From the NCBI GenBank assembly GCA_963842085.1, contig CAWJET010000001.1:1440001-1504000 (forward strand): a stretch of 64,000 nucleotides of DNA, in the 5' to 3' direction. The DNA is from an uncultured delta proteobacterium. Lineage in GTDB: Bacteria > Desulfobacterota > Binatia > Binatales > Binataceae. Both the position numbers and the translations under genes were made by a program. The notes beneath the pieces are model-generated. The model did no database searches. It was not told the DNA's origin and saw nothing but the letters and a program-made list of their open reading frames with translations. Below are positions 1 to 14,886 of the stretch, piece by piece; within the stretch, counting starts at the first letter, position 1; each line of letters starts with the position of its first letter.

Positions 1-8
1 GGCTGAGC

Positions 9-1445
9 TTGATCACGGGGACCGCCATCAATCACTTTCAGATTCCCGCCAACCCGAATCAGCCGCAGGCGTTCGTGCTGGCAGGAGTGCCGGTATATCC
101 GTCGGCCAAGGTACGCGAGAACCAAGACGAGCAAAACTACTTCGGTGTGCTGGCGCTGCAGGGCACGGTTGGAGACAATTTCGATTATCAGATTGCGCCG
201 TTCAGCCGTTACTCGGCGGTTACTTTCAATCCCGACCATACCGGCGACCTGATCTATGACGGCGCCGCGTCGCGAGTTTTTCGCAGCGACTGGAGCAACG
301 GTTTTCAGCTCGACACGGCATATCACGGAATCGCCAGCCATACATTTCGCCTGGGCGGATACTTCGATGCCGAGCGCGTCGAGATCGACAATCATGAGTC
401 GACATTCAAGGCCTTCCCGGACGGCACGCAAATGCCTCCTTACGTGCCCATCTCGTTCGTTGACGACGTCGGGCTGCAGACGTGGATCTACAGCGGGTAC
501 CTACAGGACGAATGGAAGCCGATCGAAAAATTGACCTTTAACTACGGGGTCCGCTTCGACCTGTACGACGGACTGGTGCGTGCGGATCAGGCGAGTCCTC
601 GTGTTGCGGCTGAATACAAACTATTCAGGGGCACGACGCTGCATGCTGGATACGCGCGGCAGATGACTCCACCCGAGACCGAACTGGTGCTGGTCAGCGA
701 TATAAAACAAACGGAAGGCACGACGGGAGCACCGCCGTCGAAGGGTAACGGCACACCGACGGTCGAGCGTGATCATTTGTTCGATGTGGGTGTGATTCAG
801 GACGTTCTCCCCGTTCCGGGGCTGCAAGTCGGGATCGATTCGTACTACAAGAAGGCTTCCGAACTGATCGACGAAGGACAGTTCGGACCCGCTCTAATCT
901 TCGAGACCTTCAACTACAACAAGGGGCGCGTCTGGGGAGTCGAGTTCACCGGTTCGTACAATCACGAAAATATCTACGCCTACGAGAACTTCGCCTATAG
1001 CGTCGCGCAGGGGACGCAGGTGGAATCGGGGCAGTTCAACTTCGCGCCGGACGAGCTGAAATATATCAACAGCCACTACATCTTTCTCGATCACGACCAG
1101 ACCTTCACCAATTCTGCCGGGGCAGTTTACAACTGGCGCGGATGGATGTTCAGCGTCGATGGAATATACGGGAGCGGGCTCAGAAGTGGGTTCGCGAACA
1201 CGGGAAACCTGCCATTCTATATCCAGGTGGATGCGGGCATCACCCGGCGCGTACCGGTGCCCAACAATGGTGGGGTGCTCGAGTTTCGTGGCGCGATCGT
1301 GAACCTCTTCGATCACACCTACCTCGTTCGCAACGGCACCGGCATCGGCGTGTTCGCCAATCAATACGGACCGCGCCGCGCGTTGTACGGCGGGATAAAA
1401 TGGGAACTGCCATTCACCAAACCTGCCGCTACGCAGGCGCCATGA
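9..1445 (+). CDS. TonB-dependent outer-membrane receptor (C-terminal barrel, 5' part outside window)
   Basis: Beta-barrel motifs (YLQDEWK, YGVRFD, SPRV, NLFDHTY...GPRR); lies directly upstream of exbB/exbD/tonB. Confidence 0.9.
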   Translation: MITGTAINHFQIPANPNQPQAFVLAGVPVYPSAKVRENQDEQNYFGVLALQGTVGDNFDYQIAPFSRYSAVTFNPDHTGDLIYDGAASRVFRSDWSNGFQLDTAYHGIASHTFRLGGYFDAERVEIDNHESTFKAFPDGTQMPPYVPISFVDDVGLQTWIYSGYLQDEWKPIEKLTFNYGVRFDLYDGLVRADQASPRVAAEYKLFRGTTLHAGYARQMTPPETELVLVSDIKQTEGTTGAPPSKGNGTPTVERDHLFDVGVIQDVLPVPGLQVGIDSYYKKASELIDEGQFGPALIFETFNYNKGRVWGVEFTGSYNHENIYAYENFAYSVAQGTQVESGQFNFAPDELKYINSHYIFLDHDQTFTNSAGAVYNWRGWMFSVDGIYGSGLRSGFANTGNLPFYIQVDAGITRRVPVPNNGGVLEFRGAIVNLFDHTYLVRNGTGIGVFANQYGPRRALYGGIKWELPFTKPAATQAP

Positions 1446-1493
1446 AACCCAGGTCGCGCATCGGGCGTCAGTTATCGTAAGGAGAGCTGAGGA

Positions 1494-2168
1494 ATGCAGG
1501 AACTATTAGTAGCGTGGAACGCCATCAAGTACGGCGGCGCGATGGTTTATCCGCTGCTGGCGCTCGGCGCTCTCGCAATCGCCATAACCATCGACCGCGC
1601 CGTGCTCTATACGCGATGCCTGCGGCTGCCGGCGCAGCTCGCCAACTTGATCGAGACGTTTGGATTTTCGTGGGTCGAGCTCGAGAAGCGGCTGCACGAT
1701 CTCGGGCCGCGCAACGCGTACGGGCGCTTCCTTCAGGTGATCGCCGACAATCGCAACAAGCCCGCGTGGTGGGTCGAATCGAGAGCCGGCGATGAAGCGG
1801 GCCGGATCGAAAAGACGCTCGCCCGTGGACTCTGGGTGCTCGAGACTGTTGTCACCGCGGCGCCGCTGCTGGGCCTGCTCGGCACCATCGCGGGCATGAT
1901 GCAGTCGTTCAACGTGATCGGCGCGTCAACGCTGGTCGCGCCGACTCAGGTGACGGCGGGCGTGGCGCAGGCGCTGATTTCGACCGCGCTCGGCCTGCTG
2001 ATCGCGGTGATTGCGCTGTTCGCGTTCAACCTCCTTTCCCGGACGCAATCGCAGGCGCTCGACACGATGGAGCGGCTGGGCTCGCGGCTGGTCGATCATA
2101 TTCGGCTCGACCAGGAAAGCGGCGGCGAATCCGAGCTCGTCCCGCGCCCGGCGGCGGTCGCGCGATGA
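1494..2168 (+). CDS. exbB: MotA/TolQ/ExbB proton channel protein
   Basis: APLLGLLGTIxGM and AQALISTALGL motifs; AGGAG RBS. Confidence 0.9.
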   Translation: MQELLVAWNAIKYGGAMVYPLLALGALAIAITIDRAVLYTRCLRLPAQLANLIETFGFSWVELEKRLHDLGPRNAYGRFLQVIADNRNKPAWWVESRAGDEAGRIEKTLARGLWVLETVVTAAPLLGLLGTIAGMMQSFNVIGASTLVAPTQVTAGVAQALISTALGLLIAVIALFAFNLLSRTQSQALDTMERLGSRLVDHIRLDQESGGESELVPRPAAVAR

Positions 2169-2190
2169 GCGCGCGCATCGGAGAGATACG

Positions 2191-2595
2191 ATGAAGCTCC
2201 AACGGGCGCGCCATTTTCGTCACGGGCGAATCGAAATCATTCCGATGATCGACGTGATGTTCTTTCTGCTGGTGACGTTCATGCTGGCGTCGCTGTCGAT
2301 GCAGAGTCTCAACTCGATCACCGTCAATCTGCCCAGGGGCGACGCCGAATCGCTCGAGCATCGCGAGCCGATCACGCTGACCGTCACCCACGACAGTCAC
2401 ATTTTCATCGACAAGACTCCCACCACGCTCGACCAACTGGCGTTCGTGCTCAAGCCGATGCTCAAGGCGAACGACCTCGGCGTGGTGGTCAACGCCGACA
2501 GCGACGCGCCTGAGGGCACCGTGGTGGAGGCGATGATCCAGGCGCGGCGCGCGGGCGTCGAGCATTTCCTGATCGCGGTGAAGCGCAAGCAATGA
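2191..2595 (+). CDS. exbD: ExbD/TolR biopolymer transport protein
   Basis: IEIIPMIDVMFFLLVTFM motif; start moved to ATG 2191 after GGAG. Confidence 0.9.
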   Translation: MKLQRARHFRHGRIEIIPMIDVMFFLLVTFMLASLSMQSLNSITVNLPRGDAESLEHREPITLTVTHDSHIFIDKTPTTLDQLAFVLKPMLKANDLGVVVNADSDAPEGTVVEAMIQARRAGVEHFLIAVKRKQ

Positions 2596-3338
2596 CCGAC
2601 GCCGCCCGCCTTCTCATGCAACCGCCCGAGCTCGACGAACCGGCGCGGCGCCTGCTCTTTGTAATCCCCGCTGCGATCGCGATCTGGGCGATCCTGCTGA
2701 GCGGATTTTCGCTCATCCTGATGCGCACGAAAGCGCCGCCCCCGGAGTTGCAGCCGATCGAAGCCCGGTTGGTCGAGATACCTCCGGCGGTCGGCGGGTT
2801 GCAGGGCGGCGGCGCGGTTCATGCACCGGCGCCGGCGATTCCTCATCCGACGACCGTACCGATCGTCAAACCCCATCCGGTGGTCCATGAGAAGAAGCTC
2901 GCGGCGCCGATGCCGCCGGTGATTCGCTCTCCTTACGGCACGGAGAAATCCACCAACGCGCCCAGCGTCGGAGAAACCTCCGGCGCGAAAGCGGGGACGG
3001 CGACGGAAAGCGGCGCGAGCGGCGGTTCAGAAACCGGCGAAGGCTCGGGCGGCGGCGGAATTGGCAGCGATACGGTGGGCGCGCGCGCGATCTACGCGCC
3101 GACCCCGATCATACCCGACGACCTGCGCGAGGACGTGATGCAGACCGAGGCCGTCGCGCGTTTCAAAGTCTCGTTCGACGGCACCATCGAGGTCACGCTG
3201 GAAAAGCCGACTTCGAGTCCGCGTCTCAACCAGGTGCTGCTCGACACGCTCAAGCAGTGGAAGTTTTTCCCCGCGGTGAAGAACGGCGTCGCGATCAATT
3301 CGTCGTTCGAAGTTCGAATACCTATTTCAGTTCAGTAA
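2592..3338 (+). CDS. tonB: TonB energy transducer
   Basis: N-terminal TM helix, Pro/Gly-rich linker, TonB_C-like end (QWKFFPA); ATGA overlap with exbD. Confidence 0.85.
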   Translation: MTDAARLLMQPPELDEPARRLLFVIPAAIAIWAILLSGFSLILMRTKAPPPELQPIEARLVEIPPAVGGLQGGGAVHAPAPAIPHPTTVPIVKPHPVVHEKKLAAPMPPVIRSPYGTEKSTNAPSVGETSGAKAGTATESGASGGSETGEGSGGGGIGSDTVGARAIYAPTPIIPDDLREDVMQTEAVARFKVSFDGTIEVTLEKPTSSPRLNQVLLDTLKQWKFFPAVKNGVAINSSFEVRIPISVQ

Positions 3339-3377
3339 ATCCCTTTTGCCTCATCCCAAGAGTTTGTGAGGAAAGTT

Positions 3378-3785
3378 GTCGGTTATCGGAGTGCCGGCTC
3401 CGAGTCATCGCTCTTACGAAGCGAGCGACGCGCCACAGCTTGTCATCCCGACAACGGGAGCGTTAGCGTCGGGAGGAGGGACCTCGGACAGCTTCGCGCC
3501 ACGCGAAGCCGGTTCCGGTCTCTTCGTTCGCACGCCGCGCGCGCTCCACTTCACTCTTCAGGAGGATGAACTCATCGGCCTGGTCGGTTATCGGAGTGCC
3601 GGCTCCGAGTCATCGCTCTTACCAACGAGCGACGCGCCACGGCTTGTCATCCCGACAACGGGAGCGTTAGCGACGGGAGGAGGGACCTCGGACAGCTTCG
3701 CGCCACGCGAAGCCGGTTCCGGTCTCCTCGTTCGCGCGCCGCGCGCGCTCCACTTCACTCTTCAGGAGGATGAACTCATCGGCCT
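3378..3785. repeat. Two tandem ~205-bp copies of a palindromic REP-like intergenic element
   Basis: Near-identical units 3378-3582 and 3583-3785; each has GTCATCC...GGATGA arms and an internal hairpin GCTTCGCG-cca-CGCGAAGC. Confidence 0.85.
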
Positions 3786-4096
3786 TATGCCCTCGACGCC
3801 AACGCGCTAGAATGCTTGACGATGGACAACGCTCATCGAGCGCGTCCGGTCCGGCTCCCCGAAATCATCCGACGTAATTCCCAGCGCGCCGCCCTCCGCT
3901 CAGTGCCGAGCGCCAGCCTCTTCCGAAAAACTAATTTTGACGGAACGAACCCACCGATAGTGGTACGCGGGTCGCAAACCACAATTAGTGGCCTGGATTA
4001 CTGTCCCGATCCCCGCTGCGGTTCCGGAAAGAACATCCTGATGTTGAGAGAATGAAACACGAATCGCTCAGAAATCGAGACACAACGACGAGGAAT

Positions 4097-5284
4097 TCAC
4101 GCGACACAGCACATGCGTTCGACGACTTTGCGAATCATCGCCGGCCCGCGTTCGAAGGCGTCGCGGCGGACGTACTCGTTGGGCTGATGCGCCTGCTCGA
4201 GGTCGCCGGGGCCGCAGATGAGCGAGGTGACGCCCGAGCCGGTGAACCATCCGCCGTCGGTGGCGTAGAGCGCGCCGCCCGAGGTCTTTGCCCCGGTCGC
4301 CTCGAACAGCGCGGCTTCCAGAGCCGTCCCGCGCGGCGAGTCGAGCGGCGGCACGACATTCGACAGTGCGATTTCAATTTTCGCGCGATGCTCGCTACCG
4401 GCATAGTCGTGGCCGTCGAGCGCGTCGAGCCGGCGCGCGATCTCGCGGTAAACGTCGAGCGGATCGGCGTCGGGCAGCGTGCGATAGCTGATGCGCAACG
4501 TGCATTGTTCGGCGATCATGTTGAGCGCGATCCCGCCGTGCACCGTTCCGAAATTCAGCACGTCGTACGGCGCATCGGGAAAAATCTTCGCGTATTCGGC
4601 AGGCCGCCGCGCGGCGAGCTCCCGCTGAAAACGGCCGATCGTGTCGATCACCCGGCCCATCACGGCAATCGCGTTGACGCCCCTTGCCGGTGCGCCACTA
4701 TGACCGCCGATGCCGCGCACGGTTACCCCGAACGAGACGATGCTCTTGTGCGCGTGAGACACGCCCCACGAAGTCGGCTCGCCGATCCATGCCAGGCGCG
4801 GCACCGGCGTGTCGCCCAGGATTTGTTTGAGCGCGGGCGCGACGCTATGGGCGCCGAGACAACCGACTTCCTCGCTCGCCGTGAAGACGAATACCAGCGG
4901 ACGTTTGAGCCGGGTCGAATCAAGCGTGCGCGCCGCGTCGAGGCATTGCGCGATGAACCCCTTCATGTCGCTGGTGCCGCGGCCGTAAATTCGCTCTCCC
5001 GCGGGTTCGAGCTTGAGCGGCTCACGCTCCCATCCGGGCTGTCCGTCGAAGGGAACGGTGTCGACGTGCGCTGAAATTATCAGTCCGTCGACGCGCGGCG
5101 GTCCAAGCCACGCCACCAGGTTGGCCTGCGAGACGCCGAGCAGCTCGACCGGTTGCAGTGCGGTTTTGAATCCCCGCGGTGCGAGTTCTCCTGCGATGAA
5201 TTCCATCGCGTCGCGATCGCTCTTTGCGCTGACCGTGTCGAACGCGACGAGCCGGGTTGCGACTTCGTACAGATAGTCATTCAT
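4097..5284 (-). CDS. argE: M20 family acetylornithine deacetylase-like amidohydrolase
   Basis: SAHVDTVP, GRGTSDMKG, SEEVG, IGEPT, AHQPNE metal-binding motifs; start at ATG 5284. Confidence 0.8.
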   Translation of the reverse strand: MNDYLYEVATRLVAFDTVSAKSDRDAMEFIAGELAPRGFKTALQPVELLGVSQANLVAWLGPPRVDGLIISAHVDTVPFDGQPGWEREPLKLEPAGERIYGRGTSDMKGFIAQCLDAARTLDSTRLKRPLVFVFTASEEVGCLGAHSVAPALKQILGDTPVPRLAWIGEPTSWGVSHAHKSIVSFGVTVRGIGGHSGAPARGVNAIAVMGRVIDTIGRFQRELAARRPAEYAKIFPDAPYDVLNFGTVHGGIALNMIAEQCTLRISYRTLPDADPLDVYREIARRLDALDGHDYAGSEHRAKIEIALSNVVPPLDSPRGTALEAALFEATGAKTSGGALYATDGGWFTGSGVTSLICGPGDLEQAHQPNEYVRRDAFERGPAMIRKVVERMCCVA

Positions 5285-5436
5285 GGTGCACCGGGCAAAC
5301 CTTGAGTCAGAAGATCGCACAATCGACGCGTCGATAACAAATCGACGTCTTATAACATGTCGGAAATACTGATTTATTAGTCACCATAGGGCCGGCAGGA
5401 TAGGCAATTGACCGCGCAGGCGGCTAGAATGCCGGG

Positions 5437-7742
<2,306 letters not shown>

Positions 7743-7746
<4 letters not shown>

Positions 7747-9224
7747 CGCGGCCGTCTGCCGCGGGATCGACGAGCTTGGACCCGTGCGTCGAAGATGTCG
7801 GCGGGGCTGCCGAAAAGGTGGCGCTATATCGCGACCAGCGAATCGCGTATTGGAACAGTTACACTCGCCGCCGTTCGAGTAATTACTATCATCGCAGAAT
7901 CGCCGAGATATATCGGTTTCTCATTCCGCCGGGGCAGCGCGTTCTGGAGCTGGGAAGTGGCGAAGGAGACGTGATAGCGTCGATCGAGCCATCGATGGGG
8001 GTAGGAGTCGATTTTTCGCCGGAGATGGTATCTCGCGCACGAGATAGACATCCCGAAATCGAGTTCTTACTGCAGGACGTTCAGGAATTGAACGTGCCCG
8101 GAACCTTCGACTACATAATCCTGTCCGATCTTGTGAATGATTTGTGGGACGTCGAAGCGGTATTCGAGCGGGTAGCCCGGCTAAGTGGGCCGCAGACCCG
8201 CATCGTACTCAACACCTATAGCCGTCTGTGGGAACTTCCGCTCGCTCTGGTACGAGCGCTCGGTCTCGCCAATCCGGCGATCACACGGAACTGGCTGACT
8301 ACGCCGGACGTCGAGAATATGCTCTACCTGAGCGGGTTCGAGATGATCCGGCAGTGGCAGGAAGTTCTTTTCCCGCTACGAGTCCCGGTGATTGACGCGC
8401 TGTTCAACAAATACCTGGTAAAGATTGGACCGTTTCGGCTTGCAGCGCTCACTAATTTCCTTATCGCGCGTCCCTCATGGCAGCGGGAGGGCGCGCGCGA
8501 TCGAAAACCGATGGTGAGCGTGGTAGTGCCGGCCCGCAACGAAGCCGGCAATATCGACAACATCTTCCGCCGCGTTCCCGAGATGGGTGCGGGCACAGAA
8601 CTGATTTTCGTTGAAGGTCATTCTACAGACGACACCTACGGCGCCATCGAGCGGACGGCGGCAAACTATCCAGCCAGGCGCGTGAAGATCCTTCGCCAGA
8701 GCGGACGCGGGAAAGGCGACGCGGTTCGCGCGGGATTCGCGGCAGCCGACGGTGACGTCTTGATGATACTTGACGCCGACTTGACGGTGCCGCCCGAAGA
8801 CCTGCCGCGCTTTTACGAAGTATTGCGCTCGGGCAAGGGCGAATTCGTCAACGGCGTGAGGCTGGTTTATCCGATGGAGGCGCAGGCGATGCGCTTCTTC
8901 AACCTGATTGGAAACAAGTTTTTCGCGGTCGCATTTTCGTGGCTGCTGGGGCAGTCAATCAAGGACACGCTATGCGGCACCAAGGTGCTGAGCCGTCAGA
9001 ACTACGAATTGATAGCTCGGAATAGAGACTACTTCGGGGAGTTCGATCCGTTTGGCGATTTCGACCTGATCTTCGGCGCTGCCAAACTCAATTTGAAGGT
9101 CGTCGATGTGCCGATTCGCTACGCGGAACGCACATACGGCGAGACCAACATCGCACGCTGGAGACACGGCTGGCTATTGATCCGAATGGTGATGTTCGCC
9201 TGCACACGGATCAAGTTCGTCTGA
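7743..9224 (+). CDS. Fused class I SAM methyltransferase-like domain + GT2 (polyprenol-phosphate glycosyltransferase-like)
   Basis: VLELGSGEG SAM motif, then SVVVPARNE, ILDADL (DxD), DTLCGTK; ATG 7743 overlaps the ppk1 stop. Confidence 0.85.
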
Positions 9225-9228
9225 ACCC

Positions 9229-10896
9229 TTGTTCACTCACCTGAAAGCAGGTTCTTCACCCAACATCGATAAGCGATTGCAATTTCTGCTCGTGATGGGA
9301 CTCACCTTGATCGCCGCGTGGTTGAGATTTTCATCGATAGGGTTCGGGCTTCCCGATCAGTTTCGTCCTGATGAAGAACGGACCGTTCCGACGGCGCTCG
9401 GCTTCGAGAAGGATTGGAATCCTCACTTTGCGATCTATCCGGCGGCTCAGACCTATCTCATCCACGGAGCCTTGCGATCTTACGCCACGGTCACGGGTGC
9501 TGGCGCCAATCTGGAGACCGCGTATGGTTCCAATAACCGAGCGCAAGCGTTTTTGATCGCGCGGCAAATTTCGGCGGCGATGGGCACTGCGACCGTACCG
9601 GTGCTTTATCTGGCGGTCGCGCCGGTGTTTGGATCCGCGGCTGCACTGGCCTCCGCAGTGATAGTAGGTGTCTGCTACATTCACGTGCGCGAATCCAAGT
9701 TCGCCAAGCCCGAGGTTCCTGCCGGCTTGTGGCTGGCTCTAAGTATCTTCGCGATTTTGCGGATTGCCACCCGCGGTTATCTTATTGACTACGTGTTGGC
9801 AGGTCTTTTCTGTGGCCTGGCGGCAGCAACGCACTATGCGGCCGGGGCGATAGTGATTGGCATTTTCGTCGCGCATGTGGAAGCGCGACGCCGGGAGAAT
9901 CAACCGATGCTTGCTTCCCGGTTGGCTCCGAGAATTTACCTGGCAGGTCTTGTTGCGATACTGACCTTCTGTTGCGCTGACCCTTATTTCTTTCTCGATT
10001 TACGGCAGACTGTTCTCGACTTCGCCTACCTGCGAAGCAGTTACAGAATGTGGAACGGTGGTCACTCGCCGGTCGGCTATGGATGGCCATGGCTTTTGCT
10101 TCGGGCGATGCCAGCGGGTTTTGGAATCGGGTTGGAAGTCTTCCTGTTCGCCGCAATGCTGTGGGTGATCTTTCGCCCGAGGCCCGGTACGTTCCCTCTG
10201 CTCGCATTCGTCGTAGTCTGTTTCTTGATGCTAACCGGCGGGCATCCGCAGCTCGAGTTTCGTTATCTCACAACTCCGCTGCTCGCAATGGCGGTGCTTG
10301 GCGGCGTGTTTGCCTCGGACATGACTGCGTTGGCATGCTCGCGGATTGGGGCGCGTCCAGGTCTCCTGATGGCTGGGTTTGTCAGCATCGTCATATTGGC
10401 GCCTTCACTGATAAGGGATGTGCAGCTCAACTGGCTTCTCGATCAGACGGACAGTCGCACGATTGCCCGCAAATGGATGATCGAGCACATTCCGCGGGCG
10501 TCCACAGTGGTCTTCGTCGGCGGCGATGGCTTCGGGAAACCACAGGTGACTGGGATCTACGACCCGCTACCGGTCCATAGCCTGGACTGTCTGAAGAGGG
10601 CTACCAAGTCGGCGCAGTGGGTCGTTTCGGACAGCTTTCCACCGCTTAGTACCTGGTCGCCGGGCGCTACGGATGCGGAGTTAGCTGAACTAAATTCCAA
10701 AGGCACCCTCGAGTTCGATATGGGATCCATGAGACCGGGAACCGATCCCGTTTTCGATCCAAATGACGCGTTCTATGTCCCCTTTACCCATGCAACAGAT
10801 ATGTTGAGGCCTGGTCCCAGAATCCGCATATGGAAAATCACGGCATCGCCAAGCGCTTCTACGGTCCCTGCCGCCTTCCCGCCAGGAGGGTGTTGA
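9229..10896 (+). CDS. GT-C fold (ArnT/PMT-like) membrane glycosyltransferase
   Basis: Multi-TM protein with the first-loop PDE acidic motif and a periplasmic C-terminal domain. Confidence 0.75.
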   Translation: MFTHLKAGSSPNIDKRLQFLLVMGLTLIAAWLRFSSIGFGLPDQFRPDEERTVPTALGFEKDWNPHFAIYPAAQTYLIHGALRSYATVTGAGANLETAYGSNNRAQAFLIARQISAAMGTATVPVLYLAVAPVFGSAAALASAVIVGVCYIHVRESKFAKPEVPAGLWLALSIFAILRIATRGYLIDYVLAGLFCGLAAATHYAAGAIVIGIFVAHVEARRRENQPMLASRLAPRIYLAGLVAILTFCCADPYFFLDLRQTVLDFAYLRSSYRMWNGGHSPVGYGWPWLLLRAMPAGFGIGLEVFLFAAMLWVIFRPRPGTFPLLAFVVVCFLMLTGGHPQLEFRYLTTPLLAMAVLGGVFASDMTALACSRIGARPGLLMAGFVSIVILAPSLIRDVQLNWLLDQTDSRTIARKWMIEHIPRASTVVFVGGDGFGKPQVTGIYDPLPVHSLDCLKRATKSAQWVVSDSFPPLSTWSPGATDAELAELNSKGTLEFDMGSMRPGTDPVFDPNDAFYVPFTHATDMLRPGPRIRIWKITASPSASTVPAAFPPGGC

Positions 10897-11603
10897 TGAA
10901 CGCGGAAAGATTTCATGAGAGCGAGCACCGTTCCGTGATAAACGACCAGCCTCAAGCCGATTTGCAACTAACTCTTGACCTGTTGAAGGGTCTCGTTCCC
11001 AATGGCCCGACCGATCCCATCGCATACTACAGGCGTCCGCTGATCGGGCGATTCTTTCGCGGGCGAATCAATCTCGGTTTGCGGATGATAGCCGATCGCC
11101 GCTACCCCAAGGCGCTTGAGGTCGGCTATGGAGCGGGCGCGGTATTGCTCGCCATCGCTGCAAGCGTGGACGAGCTGCACGGCATCGACCTCGACGCCGA
11201 CCCGGCCCCCGTCCAGGCGTGGCTCGGCGCATACGGGCGTACCGCCAAGCTCGTCCAAGGCAGTGTGTATGAACTGCCGTACGAGACGGCGGAGTTCGAC
11301 CTCGTGCTCAGCTTCTCGGTCTTCGAGCACTTGCATCGCTACGAGCAGGGGCTCAGCGAGATTGGACGCGTCCTCAAGCCGGGCGGCCGTTTTCTTCTCG
11401 GCATGCCGGCGGTGAACCCGATGATGGAATTGGGCTTTCGGATAATTGGATTCAAGGGCATCGAGGATCATCACATCACCACGCCGCGGGCCGCGGCCAG
11501 CGCCTTCGATCGCGCCGGCTTGCGGGTCATCCGCCATGCGCGGCTGCGGCTGATTCCCGGATTGCCACTATATTTCAACTGGTTGCTCGAAAAGGCCGCG
11601 TGA
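10896..11603 (+). CDS. Class I SAM-dependent methyltransferase
   Basis: LEVGYGAG, GIDLD, FDLVLSFSVFEH, RVLKPGG; ATG overlaps the upstream stop. Confidence 0.85.
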   Translation: MNAERFHESEHRSVINDQPQADLQLTLDLLKGLVPNGPTDPIAYYRRPLIGRFFRGRINLGLRMIADRRYPKALEVGYGAGAVLLAIAASVDELHGIDLDADPAPVQAWLGAYGRTAKLVQGSVYELPYETAEFDLVLSFSVFEHLHRYEQGLSEIGRVLKPGGRFLLGMPAVNPMMELGFRIIGFKGIEDHHITTPRAAASAFDRAGLRVIRHARLRLIPGLPLYFNWLLEKAA

Positions 11604-11636
11604 TCTTCACATCTCTCGATGCGGCTCATCCCTCGG

Positions 11637-13624
<1,988 letters not shown>

Positions 13625-13678
13625 CGGCCAGCCTGCGGCTGACCGCCTCAGGCTGGCCGATCGAATTAGCGAGTGCTG

Positions 13679-14041
13679 CTATTCGCCGGGACGCGGCGGA
13701 ATCGCAACGTAGTTGCCGGGATTGGCCGCCATCGCTTCGCGAATGTCCGGATGCGCCGAGAAGAAGTCGGCAAGTTCCGGATGCTTCTTCGCGTAGCCGT
13801 CGTTATTGATCAGCGATGGTTTGTAGGCGAGTTCGCGCGCGATCTTCGGATGCGCGCTCGCGAAGGCGCCCCAAGTCTGAAGCTTTTGCATGGCGATGTC
13901 GCTGGTGTCGGCGGCCTTGAACACGATCTCCGTATTTCCGTTGGCGACAGTGCCCAGCGTCGTTCCATTCTGCGCGAATGATGGAACGGCGAAAGCGACG
14001 GGAAGCGCAGCTGCGATCAACAGAGTCGATATCCGATTCAT
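13679..14041 (-). CDS. Secreted hypothetical protein with internal F-x-x-AHP-x-I repeats
   Basis: Signal peptide ending SFA; GAGGTG RBS; FASAHPKI and FFSAHPDI repeats. Confidence 0.7.
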   Translation of the reverse strand: MNRISTLLIAAALPVAFAVPSFAQNGTTLGTVANGNTEIVFKAADTSDIAMQKLQTWGAFASAHPKIARELAYKPSLINNDGYAKKHPELADFFSAHPDIREAMAANPGNYVAIPPRPGE

Positions 14042-14182
14042 ATTTTCACCTCTTTTCGCTTATCTTGGTAATCGGTAAGCCCAATACTAAGTGTGGAGGC
14101 AAATCTCATACCGGGTATATTTCCCTGTATTTGTGATACCTCATTCGGCTACCTTGGAGTGCGGACGTGCATTACTTACACA

Positions 14183-14878
14183 CTATTCAGTTTTTGCCTG
14201 ATCTTCGCCCATTGGGCTTATGGGGGATACTTCCGCGTGCTTTTTGGAATAGTTCAGCTTCGGCGGTGCGGCGGCGCCGCCCGACATGATGAAGGTCATC
14301 GCTTCGTTGATTGTCCAATCGAGCATCACAAGGCGGCTGGTCGGGACCAATTCCATGTAGCCTGAGGTTGGGTTGGGCGTGGTCGGGACGTAAACGGCGG
14401 CGATTTCCTCGCCGGTGTCGGCGTCGTTGAAAATCCTGGTCACAAGGCCGATGGTTTTCATTTCCGGCGAAGGAAATTCGATCAGCACCACGCGCTGGGC
14501 GCCGTCGGGGCCCGTCTGAAAACTCGTGACGAGTTGCCGCGCGGCGCCGTAGATCGATTGTACAATCGGGATTCGCGCCATCAGGTAGTCAAACGCGGCG
14601 ATCAATCGTCGTCCGGCGACGGCGGTCGCAATCTCGCCGAGAACGTACAGGGCTGCGAGGGCGAGCGCGACCGAGACCGTCGCTTGAAACCACTGCGCCG
14701 AAAATCCCGCGGCGAGGGTCGGCGAATGAATTCGCAGCCAGGATAGGCACGCACTGACTGGCGGACTGCCGAGGGCGACCAGGAGCCCGACCATGAAACT
14801 GATCACCCATACGGTGATCCAGATGGGAATGAAAGTCAGGATTCCCGCCACGACATTGTGACGGATCTTTGTGAGCAT
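14183..14878 (-). CDS. DUF502 family membrane protein
   Basis: AGILTFIPIWIT, RIPIVQSIY, VYVPTTPNPTSGY motifs; start at ATG 14878. Confidence 0.85.
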   Translation of the reverse strand: MLTKIRHNVVAGILTFIPIWITVWVISFMVGLLVALGSPPVSACLSWLRIHSPTLAAGFSAQWFQATVSVALALAALYVLGEIATAVAGRRLIAAFDYLMARIPIVQSIYGAARQLVTSFQTGPDGAQRVVLIEFPSPEMKTIGLVTRIFNDADTGEEIAAVYVPTTPNPTSGYMELVPTSRLVMLDWTINEAMTFIMSGGAAAPPKLNYSKKHAEVSPISPMGEDQAKTE

Positions 14879-14886
14879 CGTGCTGT

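Noticed and set aside
3378-3785. Possible CRISPR array, or the 144-aa ORF 3376-3810
   Set aside because: Only two long units with no unique spacers and no cas genes; the ORF simply reads through the DNA repeat.
3816-4055. 79-aa ORF with DPRCGSGK resembling a SEC-C motif
   Set aside because: Most SEC-C cysteines are missing and there is no clear RBS; at best a degenerate remnant.
5330-5400. Pho box upstream of ppk1
   Set aside because: The ATAACA repeats are 18 bp apart rather than 11 and do not match the consensus.
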